Virus record (IMG/VR): IMGVR_UViG_3300046777_001542
Location: 1-58,989 of that record
DNA from: a virus
Lineage: Duplodnaviria > Caudoviricetes
Direction: 5' to 3' (one strand)
DNA length: 58,989 nt
The notes beneath the pieces were generated by a model, which saw only the letters and a program-made list of their open reading frames with translations, did no database searches and was not told where the DNA came from. The position numbers were made by a program, and so were the translations under genes. Shown in pieces: positions 1 through 9,799 of the stretch. Each line of letters starts with the position of its first letter. Position 1 is the first letter of the stretch.

Positions 1-556
1 TTATATTAAAGTCATAGTATCTTCCTGAATTAAGTCCAGTAATTACCATATCTTGAACTGCGGTTCCAGTAGTATTTCTTTCAGTTATTGGGGTAGTGTT
101 TTCAACAGCAAATGAAAATGTATTTAATGTGGTTGCTACTACTCTTTTTCTTGTAACATTAAATCTTGTAAATGTATTATTAATTGTAACGTAATCACCA
201 ACAGAATAGTTGTGATATTCTGAAGTAAATGTTAATACGTTATTTGCACATACTATTTTAGTAACTGGGTGCTTATAGAATATAAGCTTTCTTGTTGTAC
301 TTCCTGGCCAAAGATCTTTTAAATCTCCGTCTGGGGTAGTTCCGTCTGGGCCAAACATTTGGTACTGAACTAGATATCCATCTGGGTCTACGCCCATGTC
401 TATTTCTTTTACAGAAATTTGTACATTTATATTTGAGTTCTCAGAAATACCTAGATCTGAATTTGATATCTCATGTATTGAAGACGCATACAGAATATCT
501 AATCCTGGAAATGCTCCTGTTGAACCGCCATCTATATTAGCCGCTGCAAGTCTCAT
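1..556 (-). CDS. Minor tail / host-recognition protein, partial (runs off the window; FN3-like segment)
   Basis: ATG at 556 overlaps the upstream TGA (ATGA). The frame is open to base 1 (MRLAAANIDGG...VITGLNSGRYYDFNI). Not in the ORF track because it has no stop in the window. Confidence 0.7.
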   Translation of the reverse strand, partial: MRLAAANIDGGSTGAFPGLDILYASSIHEISNSDLGISENSNINVQISVKEIDMGVDPDGYLVQYQMFGPDGTTPDGDLKDLWPGSTTRKLIFYKHPVTKIVCANNVLTFTSEYHNYSVGDYVTINNTFTRFNVTRKRVVATTLNTFSFAVENTTPITERNTTGTAVQDMVITGLNSGRYYDFNI

Positions 557-2820
557 ACCCAATCAACCCCTCTTTGTTCCCAACCGCCATCAACAATTGC
601 ATTCATTGGTGTTGATTTATGATCTGCTGGGGTTGTCCCAAGAGCTCCACGTGTTTTAACACGGTACCTTCCAGTAGGCTTGAAGTAGGCTGTTGCCAAA
701 ATATTATTTACATCAATTGACCCTGGTTTAGCAAGAGCAACATATTTATTTATGTCATTTTGTGACGCTATCCAAACAATGTTTTCATCTTCATTAAAAT
801 CAATAAACTGGTACTCAATGGCATCAAACTCTATTACTTCTGAATCAATTAAAAAGTAGCCATTAAAAGCAAAACCACTTTGATATTGGCTATAAGAGTC
901 TCCGCTTGTATTGTTATTAATAACAAGCACTGTATTATCTGCTGGGGTGTCTTTTGAAATGTTTAACTTCAAACCGCCTGCACTTAAAAATGCTGTTGGT
1001 GCTTGAGCCAATTTAGTAGCGTCACCAGTATACTGTGTTGGCACAATTGAATTCCATATAACCTTAACGTTATTTCCAGAAGCAATTTCTTCCTGATTTA
1101 AAGAAATTATATTAGGCAAAACTGATCCTTCTGGCTTTTCATAAAAATTCCATACAGGCGATGTCTGTGAATAAATCTTATCTCTTGTATAAAATTGTAG
1201 TGTATTATTTTGATCAAAAAATGCATTCATCTGTATGTCTCTGCATAAGTCCTGCAGGTGCTCCCAAACTGTTTTTGAATCAGTTGTCCACCAATATCCT
1301 ATTGTTGGAATAGAAGTATCTTTAACTGTTACGACGCCCTTGCTAGATGTTTCAGTAACCATGTTTATATTATAGTTTGTAAATCCAACTGAATCTAGAA
1401 GCCGTCTTATAATCGCAGTTGCAGAATATCCTTCGCATAAAGTATCTGGAGCAACTGACTCCATTAAATACTTTGCTCCATCAAGTGCAATTATTTCTGT
1501 ATCTCCAAAATTATCAATTCTCCAGCTATCCATATAATATGAACCTTGTGGAATCTTATACTCAGTGGCTCCATCATATATTTTAAAATGAGGTCTCATC
1601 TCTGCATTTTTAAATGTATATAAGAAATCAAAATCGGAAGGCCCTCCAATAATAGTTGTCCATGGCTTTTCTCTATTGTATGATCTAATCATAACCTGGT
1701 TTTGATTATAGTTGGATAAAGATATAGTAAGTATATTAGCAGATATCTTTCCTACTGGAAGTATATCAGATGATGAAGAGTTTGAAGATTCTTGAGAAAC
1801 ATTGAATGAAGCAACTGCTGAAGATACATCTTTTACCCAACGTGCAGATATTTCTATTAGACCCATAACACTGTTTCCGCCAGGATTTTTTGCTGTTAAC
1901 GTAATTGATTTAATATACTTTGGAGCTCTATATAAATTATCAGTTGTTGCTCCCCAGTTTGTATCTGTTGCCGTTGGATATAATGATATGTCTCCTCCTG
2001 GGAAGTTTGTATTAAAATTAGGGAATGTAGTAGACTTAGCTGTTCCATCCTTATATGTTATACTGACAGTAATCTCAGTTGGTAGTGCATGATTTTTATC
2101 AAATCTAATTACCACCTTGTTTGCAATAGCTGCTTTTGTTTCAGCAATAGTAGCAGTGCCAGCAGATGTTAGGTAGCCAATTTTTCCTATATTTTTTTCT
2201 ATAATAAACGATGTGCTTGAAGGAACCTCAATTACTGTTCCATTAGTGTTATATGCTGTGTCTGACATACCAGTTATTGTTATTGAATTACCAGTTACAA
2301 ATCCATGTGGTACAGATGTTGTATACTTAACCTTATATCTAGTTCCAGTATTAGAGGCTTCAGCTTTTGTAATTGTAACTGTTGTCTGTACATACTTAAC
2401 TGTTATTGTTGAATCTTTGCCTTCTGGTGATAACCAATACTTATAGAATGTTGAAGGCCCTGGGTAATAAACTCTTGGTGTTGATAAATTATAATAGCTT
2501 GCCTTTGGATCTTTGTATATAAAATTACTTCCGTCTGGCGGTATAACAAAATATTTAACACCAGAAGCCAGTGGTCTAAATGGTTTAATTATTGAATCTA
2601 CTGGGAATAGTTTTTTAAACGGATTAGTTGAGCCCTGCTTAAATCCAGTTATTCCAGCAGTATATTCAGCATCAGTATTAGATGAATAGACAGATATATT
2701 GTCTATCATTGTATTCATGTTATACTCTACTTCACAGCCAGCGCCTATTTGAATTGATGATCTATTTTTTAAAAGGCTTGTAACTGCATCTGTCTCTGCC
2801 TGTGTAGAAAGCGATATCAC
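553..2820 (-). CDS. Minor tail protein (tail hub/baseplate-like)
   Basis: Long ORF two genes downstream of the tape measure gene. Likely start is GTG at 2820, overlapping the upstream TAG. VWEHLQDLCRDIQMNAFFDQNNTLQF is typical of tail hub proteins. Confidence 0.7.
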   Translation of the reverse strand: MISLSTQAETDAVTSLLKNRSSIQIGAGCEVEYNMNTMIDNISVYSSNTDAEYTAGITGFKQGSTNPFKKLFPVDSIIKPFRPLASGVKYFVIPPDGSNFIYKDPKASYYNLSTPRVYYPGPSTFYKYWLSPEGKDSTITVKYVQTTVTITKAEASNTGTRYKVKYTTSVPHGFVTGNSITITGMSDTAYNTNGTVIEVPSSTSFIIEKNIGKIGYLTSAGTATIAETKAAIANKVVIRFDKNHALPTEITVSITYKDGTAKSTTFPNFNTNFPGGDISLYPTATDTNWGATTDNLYRAPKYIKSITLTAKNPGGNSVMGLIEISARWVKDVSSAVASFNVSQESSNSSSSDILPVGKISANILTISLSNYNQNQVMIRSYNREKPWTTIIGGPSDFDFLYTFKNAEMRPHFKIYDGATEYKIPQGSYYMDSWRIDNFGDTEIIALDGAKYLMESVAPDTLCEGYSATAIIRRLLDSVGFTNYNINMVTETSSKGVVTVKDTSIPTIGYWWTTDSKTVWEHLQDLCRDIQMNAFFDQNNTLQFYTRDKIYSQTSPVWNFYEKPEGSVLPNIISLNQEEIASGNNVKVIWNSIVPTQYTGDATKLAQAPTAFLSAGGLKLNISKDTPADNTVLVINNNTSGDSYSQYQSGFAFNGYFLIDSEVIEFDAIEYQFIDFNEDENIVWIASQNDINKYVALAKPGSIDVNNILATAYFKPTGRYRVKTRGALGTTPADHKSTPMNAIVDGGWEQRGVDWV

Positions 2821-3296
2821 TATACTTCCTCCATTGACATTGATATGGTCCAAAAAGAATTAATTCCACGCTTTTGTAGCACTGCGGAAAATTCTGTAAA
2901 TGAAACTGTATAAACTTCTCCTGTTGAAATTGTGTCTTGTGCTGTGCCGTCTTTTGCAAAGTTTAATAATATTCTAAATGTACCTTTGCCTTCATCGCTA
3001 GCGTAAAATCTTCTTAGATCTTCAGCTCCTAGGTTTCCGTCTGCAGTTTGAATTCTTGTGGCTGGAAGCATGTTCCAGGAAACGCTAAATGTCTTTTTAT
3101 CTGCCACAAAGAATTTTCTAAGAGTTCCATTAGCCATTCTTTGAACTTGCTGAATTCTATTTGAGCCTACTGTTATTTCTGATCTATTGTGGTCAGAGAT
3201 TTTAAGCCATGATAATGTGGTGCCTGGGACGGTGGCAAGAACATCTTTTCCCTCTATCTGTAAACCTACACCTTTAGGCAATACTGTATACCCCAT
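2820..3296 (-). CDS. Minor tail protein (distal-tail-like position)
   Basis: 158 aa, directly after the tape measure gene; RMANGTLR motif and beta-rich C-terminus. Confidence 0.65.
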   Translation of the reverse strand: MGYTVLPKGVGLQIEGKDVLATVPGTTLSWLKISDHNRSEITVGSNRIQQVQRMANGTLRKFFVADKKTFSVSWNMLPATRIQTADGNLGAEDLRRFYASDEGKGTFRILLNFAKDGTAQDTISTGEVYTVSFTEFSAVLQKRGINSFWTISMSMEEV

Positions 3297-6200
3297 TAGA
3301 CTCTAACCTCCAATCCACTTCCTAGTGATCTACTTTCTCCCATGGACTTAACAGATATCTTGTTAAGAGTCTTCATAGAGTCAATAGTCTTTCTAGTTAC
3401 TATATCTGACAATTCATTTATGTCGCAGTCTGCGCCATTTATATTGTTAGTAATATTATATACTGCTCCACCCATTGTAGCATTATTAGCATTAGGATTA
3501 AAGGGGTTCATATTTGCAGGAACAACTGCTTCATTCTTATGTAGCATTGCAAGCATATCTGCTGGAACCATATTTATGCCATTTTCAAATTTAGGTAGAC
3601 TCATCTTTCCTACATATCCACCATTTGCAAAACCATCATCTGAATCTTCTTTAATTCTGCCAAGCATTTCTTTAAGCTTCTTAATGGTCATTGGCTTTAT
3701 TTGTGTATCGCCATGCTTATATGCAACAGCTTGTCTTGCCCATTCAGAAATAATCTTTTTTGTTCTATCTTGCTCACCAAGAGTGTAGTGTGCTGGGTAT
3801 GCGTCTGTTCCAATTTTTCCAAAATATCCATGCATCAATATAGAAGCAAGAGCTCCTTCTTTTGATTTTACTCCGCCGTGAGTTAAAAGTGTTAAGAATG
3901 GATTGCTATCTCCGCCTAATTTTTCACCCCATGCTAAAGAGGTGTTTCCATGCTGCCCAAGGTTTTGTATTCCAGTTAAATTTGAAATAGCTTTTATAGT
4001 GTTTGGGCTTAATGTTTCTGCGGCGCCTCTTTGCATTTCTCTAAATGGCTGATCAATTCCAACTTGTACTTGAGCTTTTCTCATAGCAAGCATGTGTAGT
4101 GCTCTCTGCCCAGTATATGCATCTGTGCCGCCCCAAGTCTCTGCCTCAAAATGCATTTTTTCTCCATCAGTTGTTGTAGCAGGAGCATCCGACTTTTTGA
4201 GTGCTGGCATATTACTGCCTTCTAGTTCATACATAGCAAGAATTTCATCAATTTCAGCATTTGTGTACTCTGGCTTGTTGAGATAAAGAACTTCTTTTGT
4301 TTCAGGAATTTCTGTAATTAATTTTACTTTATCTCCTTCTTTATATAAGCCTCTTTCTTTTAATGCCGCTATATAGTCTTTCTTTGTTCTAAAACCACTA
4401 ATAACACTTGCATCTTTTCTAATAACGGTATGCGGTTTTGAAAATGGTGAAGTTCTCCAAGAATCAAAAGAGCTAAGGGATTCAAAGTCACTTGTTTTAA
4501 GTAAATTGCTCAATGGTGTAACTACTGTTGTATCAGATTTAGACCAGCTTGACCCTCCTCGATGGAACATGCCAGCTCTTACTGCATCCCAAATAGCCCA
4601 GTGTTCTGTAACTCTACCAGACCTGTTCTCATCAACATTTTCCATAGCGCCAGATTTAATAGAATCTTTTATTGGGAAACCAGCATTTGGAGAAACAATG
4701 TTTCCAAACTCATCATATTGAAAACCATAATTGTATTCTCTTACCATTGGTATTTGTGAAAGATCTACGTCTGCGTCTATTCCTCTAGCCTGTGCTCCTT
4801 CTGCAAATTTGTCTGCGTAGGCCTTTTGTATTTTAGTAAGGTATGGACCAAATAGTTTTGTTTTTGCATCTACTGTTGCTGCTGCGGTTTTATCACCAAG
4901 CATAGAGGCTATTAGTGTAGTCACTCCCTTAATGTCAGGGGTTGGATTTAAACCAAGATCAGGATCTTTACTGCTACTTACTTTAGGTAGACCAGCTCTT
5001 AAAGATGCTACTCTAAATGCCTGATCTTCAAGACTTTGCTTGAGAGTAAGTAATTCTTCTAAAGTTTCTTTTGGAAGCTGATCTACTCTCTGACCTGCAA
5101 AACTATATCCTAATGGAAGATCTTTAGCTTTCATTAAGTCTAGGTAAGGTTGTGGTAACTCAGAAACAAGCCCTCTCATATCAAAGCTTTTTGGACCAAA
5201 GCTAGTGGCTGCTGCCCATTTTGTTAAATATTGTATTTCCTCTGGACCCATGTTTTCATATCCACCAGCTTCAAAATTAGCTAACATTGCTGCAAGCTTT
5301 TTGTCTTTTGGCCTCTGTGAAACTAAAAACCCTAGTATTCCTTCTGGTGATGTAGGGATAACTTGACCTACTCTTCCCATAGTAACAAGCTCACTAAAGT
5401 CTTCGCCTGGTCCTTGGTATACTGTGCTTGTTCCTTTAAATGGTCCACCAGTATAAACAGGTATCTTTTTGCCGTTATACTCTAGCCAATCTTCTGTTAC
5501 TGCTTTTGCCAACTGATCAGATACATCTGCTGTTACTTTTATCTTTGGCTTTGACAATACTGATGAGAATTTCTTTTGAGCAAATGGAGCACCAAAACCA
5601 AGTAACGCTGCAGTAATAGCATTTGTAGAATTAGTTTTTAATTTTTTAAGTAGTGGAGCAAACTTTGCACCAATTTTTGGCATAGCCCAATCACCTAATG
5701 GGCCAAATGGTGCAGATACAGCTCCAGTTCCTACAGAGTTTAGAAGTGTTTTCTTTAAACTCATATCAGCTAATGCTTTTTCTGGATCAAATCCCTTTTC
5801 AGTTGCTTTAGAGCCGCCCTTTACTCCGTACTGTGAGCCGTCTCTTATTAAACCAATAAGTCCTTCAGTAAGACCAAGAGCTAATCCAACATATCCAGGT
5901 TTGCCAAGTCCTTTAGCATAAGGTGATCCTGCAAGAGTTCCTTGTAAAGCATTCCATGCTACTCTTCCAATTGCTGCGTTCCATTTATCATAACCAGAAG
6001 CATCTTGATCTGCGCCCCACTTTAATGACATTGCTGTTTCTGCATCTTCCATTAGTTGCCATATAAAACCAGATGCGCCAGCTTTTCCGCCGCTTGCAAA
6101 CATCTTCTTAAATGATGCAAGCCCTCCAAAACCAAATTTAGGAATTTCTACTAAGCCACCATTTGCAAACTTCTTACCGCCTCCAGACAAATACTGCTGA

Positions 6201-9200
6201 AGCATATCTCTAAGGAATATGTTGTCTACGGAATTTCCTCCAAGCAATGATCTAGTTACTTGAGATGCTGCATCTATTTGATGCGGAGCAAGTGGATTAA
6301 ATGCATGCTGTGTTCCTGGAATCCATGGATTTAAAGCTCTTTCAAGATGCTCTGTACTAGTATTTGCTTGACCATATGCCCATGCAAATGGATTGCCAGT
6401 ATTATCTATGCTTGATGCTTCTTTTGATGGAACCTTTATTAAGTCTTTTAAATTCTTTTGTGAAACTAGGCTTGCTAATCGTTCTGCATAAACTGATCTG
6501 TCTGATGAAAGAACTAGTCTATTATTTCGTTTCATTGATTCAAGCAATGCAATTCCAAACAAAGCAGATTTATTTGAACCTGGCAAACCAAATACGGAGT
6601 CTATTGTAGTTTCTCCAGCTAATGGGTTGTGGAATAGTGATGCCTCTCCAGCAACAGCACGGGGACCTCTTGGTGCGTAAGGAATATTAAATATCGATGC
6701 ATACTGATCAGATAATACTGGGGAATGATTACCAATAATAAAGTCTGATCCAAAATCATCTAATGTTTTTCTTGTTACAGTTGATGGCATTGTTTTTGGA
6801 ACCACAGCAGATGCTGCTTTTTTGCCAAACAATGAGCTAATCCATTTTGAAAACTTAGAAGATATTCCTGACAATAATCCGCCAAAGCGATATCCTGGAA
6901 TCATTCCGCCAAGATTTAAGTATCCTGAGTTTAGTGGTATTGAAGAATTTACTCCGACTGCTCCACCATTTGCAAATTTTTGCTGGTTTAGCCCATCAAA
7001 AAAATCTTTACCGTATTGGTTTACAGCAGATGCTCTTATTACATACTCTCCATTTGAAAGGTATGCGGGAATAGAATCAGATGTTCCAGTTCCTGGACCA
7101 GTAACTGACCCTCCTGGCTCAAAGTGTTTTACAGAGCCTCCTCTATTGTATGAAACTACTGTTCCATCTGTGTGATTAGCATTTGCCCAAAGACCAATTG
7201 TGTTTCCAGTTTTATCTATTACAGTGCCATTTGGCATAAATCTATTGCCAGTAGATTGATCAACATGCTCTTTATAAATTGGTTGCCCCATGCTGTCATA
7301 AATCATTTTGCCACCACGAGGTTTTGCTAATGGGTGCTTAAATGATTTATATGATGGCCTTGTGTCTTCTGCTGGTTTTGCTATCGACCATGCTTGAGCA
7401 GTAGTATATGTTTTTCCTTCACCATCTGTATATCTGTTAGGGTCGCCTTCTTTTGGAATTAATTTTACTGGTGCACCTGAAGCATTTGCAAACTTTTTAG
7501 CTGACCCAACTTCTGGCAAGCCAAGAAGTTTTTTGACATACATTCCAAATGAATCTACGTGTGTTCCAAAAGAATCAAAATATTTCTTAGCATATTCTAC
7601 TGCTGAGTTGTTTCCTCCTCCTGGATCATTAACAAGCTTCTTTAAATAGCCTAACCAGTCTGCTGAGCCTGGTTGTGATATCCTCACCCCGCCTGGGCCC
7701 TCCATGTATGTTGCAGCTGTTTTTGGAACACCCTTTGTTAACGAAGCTGCTGCTTTTGCTCCATCTGCATTTATTGCTGCAAGTGCTGAAACATCTGAAC
7801 GTAGGCCCTCTGAAAGAGTTTTAAGCACTCCTTCATCGGTTGTCATGCCAGCTTTTGAAATAGTTGCTGCGATGCTCTGTTGGAGGGATTGAATCTGTGC
7901 GTACTCTTTTTGCCTTCTATTTGCCTCTTCTTGTAATTTATTAGCTCTTTCTTGAAGCTTAACAAGCCTTTCTTGCACAGAAGCTTTTTGAGCTTCAAGC
8001 TTTTTAAGATCAGCATCTCTTTTTTCGTTAATAGAATCTATAGCTAAAGTTTTTTGTCTTTCATTTGTAAGGCTTTGAATATTTAATTGAGACTGTGCGG
8101 CCCTTGACATATCTCCAGCCAAAAGTGCTTGCTGATAATTTAGCTGCTCTTTTTGTACTTCAGTTAAATAGTCTTGCTTATCAGATTGAGACTCAATGGC
8201 TTTAATTCTTGCATCTGCTTCTTCATTAATTTTATCTATCTTTTTATCAATAGCTTTTATTTCTGCGTCGGCATTTTTTTGTGCATTCTTAGTTGCTGCG
8301 TCTGAGGCTTCTTTTGCTTTGTCATAAGCAATTTTAGCTGCGGTACCATAATCTGCAATTGCATCAAGAGGGTTGTTCATTAAGTTTGCATTAGTGGTCA
8401 TTTCAGTAGCAGCTTGTGAAATTGCTGTTACTACCTGCAATAGGTCTTGGGCTTCTTGTCCGCTTAAATCAGATAGGTTGGCTGTAACACCGTTTGTGTA
8501 TAGCTGTATCTTTGCCCATGCATCAACCATACTATCATTTGAACTCAATATATCTTTATATAAAGGATTTTCTTTTACCAAAGTATTTAGTATGTCATCC
8601 CCAATTTCTGTTTGGTTAGACTTAAGAGCGTTCATCTTTTCAATGGTTTCATTTAATGCTTCAATTTGGGTCTTTGCTTTTCCGCCATTCTCTTTTAGTC
8701 CAACTAAGCTTTGGTAGTATAGCTGTATTGCATCAAGACCTCCGCTAAATGATGCAGCTATTTCTTTTTTATCTACATCATCTGCCTTCATTGACTTAAC
8801 AAATGTATCTATTGCTACTCTTGCAGCAGTTGCTCCGTCTACAACCTTTAAGAAGTCTGCTGACGATACGGCTTCTGTAGCCTGTGCAGCTTTATTAGAA
8901 ACAGATATAATGCTATAAATCTCTCTTGCTGCATCTTGTGCAGATTTGCCTGCTGCTACTAACTGAACTTTTAGTGCTGTTGCTGCTTTAGTAACATCAT
9001 TTTTATCAAGATTATTAAACATCTGTACGATGTCGCCCTGCGTTTCTTTAGCCTTTTTCTGTAGGGCATTTAGCTCCTTAACAGACATATTGATTCCGCC
9101 ACCAATAGCTGTAGATCCAGCAGCTTTAACCTTTGCTAACTGGCTTTGTGCTTTTGCCGCATCGGTAGCTTTTTTAATTTTATCTGTAAGGCTTGTATAG

Positions 9201-9799
9201 GCTATTCCAAGCTGCTTTGCTTGTGCTTCATTTACATCAAAAGCTTCTTGAGATGCAAGTCTTGCTTTTCTTGCATTTTCCCATGCTCCATAAGACACTG
9301 TCGCTAATGTTGTTAGCGTGAATATTGCAACTTTACCCCAACCAGGAATTGCCTTTCCTGCAACCTTTAGCTTAGCAAGTGTTTGTCCAAACTTGCCAAT
9401 GTTTTTTTCTGCGGCTGCTACTGCTGTTACTCCGTCTACAACATCATCTGCTGCTGTTGCTGCTTTAGCTGCCTTGGCTGCTTTAGCAACTTTTACTCCT
9501 TTGTAAATTGATCCAGCTGTCATAGCAAGGAATATTGCATTTAAAATAGAATTTGATTTTTCGCTAGCTATTCCTAATTTTTCTAAAGCTTTTGGTAATA
9601 GCATGAATAAAGCTAGGGGTATTGCTTGCTGTGCAACAACACTTCCAACTGGGCCTAGTGCTCCATAGTTATATTTACCTCCTCTAATCATTCCGCCTAA
9701 TGCATGATTAGGAACAATGCCACCACTATTCATTGGTACAAATAGTTCTGGTCCTTTTTCTCCAACTATATAAGGAGTGCCTCCAGATACAGGTCCGCC
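3296..9799 (-). CDS. Tape measure protein, C-terminal part (continues 9766..15126 in the -1 frame)
   Basis: The frame is open from 9805 and reads GGPVSGGTPYIVGEKGPELFVP before the called ATG at 9733. It has coiled-coil and hydrophobic segments, GPGTGTSDSIPAYLSNGEYV and LHKNEAVVP tape-measure motifs. Confidence 0.85.
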   Translation of the reverse strand, partial: GGPVSGGTPYIVGEKGPELFVPMNSGGIVPNHALGGMIRGGKYNYGALGPVGSVVAQQAIPLALFMLLPKALEKLGIASEKSNSILNAIFLAMTAGSIYKGVKVAKAAKAAKAATAADDVVDGVTAVAAAEKNIGKFGQTLAKLKVAGKAIPGWGKVAIFTLTTLATVSYGAWENARKARLASQEAFDVNEAQAKQLGIAYTSLTDKIKKATDAAKAQSQLAKVKAAGSTAIGGGINMSVKELNALQKKAKETQGDIVQMFNNLDKNDVTKAATALKVQLVAAGKSAQDAAREIYSIISVSNKAAQATEAVSSADFLKVVDGATAARVAIDTFVKSMKADDVDKKEIAASFSGGLDAIQLYYQSLVGLKENGGKAKTQIEALNETIEKMNALKSNQTEIGDDILNTLVKENPLYKDILSSNDSMVDAWAKIQLYTNGVTANLSDLSGQEAQDLLQVVTAISQAATEMTTNANLMNNPLDAIADYGTAAKIAYDKAKEASDAATKNAQKNADAEIKAIDKKIDKINEEADARIKAIESQSDKQDYLTEVQKEQLNYQQALLAGDMSRAAQSQLNIQSLTNERQKTLAIDSINEKRDADLKKLEAQKASVQERLVKLQERANKLQEEANRRQKEYAQIQSLQQSIAATISKAGMTTDEGVLKTLSEGLRSDVSALAAINADGAKAAASLTKGVPKTAATYMEGPGGVRISQPGSADWLGYLKKLVNDPGGGNNSAVEYAKKYFDSFGTHVDSFGMYVKKLLGLPEVGSAKKFANASGAPVKLIPKEGDPNRYTDGEGKTYTTAQAWSIAKPAEDTRPSYKSFKHPLAKPRGGKMIYDSMGQPIYKEHVDQSTGNRFMPNGTVIDKTGNTIGLWANANHTDGTVVSYNRGGSVKHFEPGGSVTGPGTGTSDSIPAYLSNGEYVIRASAVNQYGKDFFDGLNQQKFANGGAVGVNSSIPLNSGYLNLGGMIPGYRFGGLLSGISSKFSKWISSLFGKKAASAVVPKTMPSTVTRKTLDDFGSDFIIGNHSPVLSDQYASIFNIPYAPRGPRAVAGEASLFHNPLAGETTIDSVFGLPGSNKSALFGIALLESMKRNNRLVLSSDRSVYAERLASLVSQKNLKDLIKVPSKEASSIDNTGNPFAWAYGQANTSTEHLERALNPWIPGTQHAFNPLAPHQIDAASQVTRSLLGGNSVDNIFLRDMLQQYLSGGGKKFANGGLVEIPKFGFGGLASFKKMFASGGKAGASGFIWQLMEDAETAMSLKWGADQDASGYDKWNAAIGRVAWNALQGTLAGSPYAKGLGKPGYVGLALGLTEGLIGLIRDGSQYGVKGGSKATEKGFDPEKALADMSLKKTLLNSVGTGAVSAPFGPLGDWAMPKIGAKFAPLLKKLKTNSTNAITAALLGFGAPFAQKKFSSVLSKPKIKVTADVSDQLAKAVTEDWLEYNGKKIPVYTGGPFKGTSTVYQGPGEDFSELVTMGRVGQVIPTSPEGILGFLVSQRPKDKKLAAMLANFEAGGYENMGPEEIQYLTKWAAATSFGPKSFDMRGLVSELPQPYLDLMKAKDLPLGYSFAGQRVDQLPKETLEELLTLKQSLEDQAFRVASLRAGLPKVSSSKDPDLGLNPTPDIKGVTTLIASMLGDKTAAATVDAKTKLFGPYLTKIQKAYADKFAEGAQARGIDADVDLSQIPMVREYNYGFQYDEFGNIVSPNAGFPIKDSIKSGAMENVDENRSGRVTEHWAIWDAVRAGMFHRGGSSWSKSDTTVVTPLSNLLKTSDFESLSSFDSWRTSPFSKPHTVIRKDASVISGFRTKKDYIAALKERGLYKEGDKVKLITEIPETKEVLYLNKPEYTNAEIDEILAMYELEGSNMPALKKSDAPATTTDGEKMHFEAETWGGTDAYTGQRALHMLAMRKAQVQVGIDQPFREMQRGAAETLSPNTIKAISNLTGIQNLGQHGNTSLAWGEKLGGDSNPFLTLLTHGGVKSKEGALASILMHGYFGKIGTDAYPAHYTLGEQDRTKKIISEWARQAVAYKHGDTQIKPMTIKKLKEMLGRIKEDSDDGFANGGYVGKMSLPKFENGINMVPADMLAMLHKNEAVVPANMNPFNPNANNATMGGAVYNITNNINGADCDINELSDIVTRKTIDSMKTLNKISVKSMGESRSLGSGLEVRV

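Noticed and set aside
3296-9733. Independent gene starting at ATG 9733
   Set aside because: That ATG lies inside the conserved GEKGPELFVP-M motif and the frame extends upstream to the frame break; better read as the second half of the tape measure gene.
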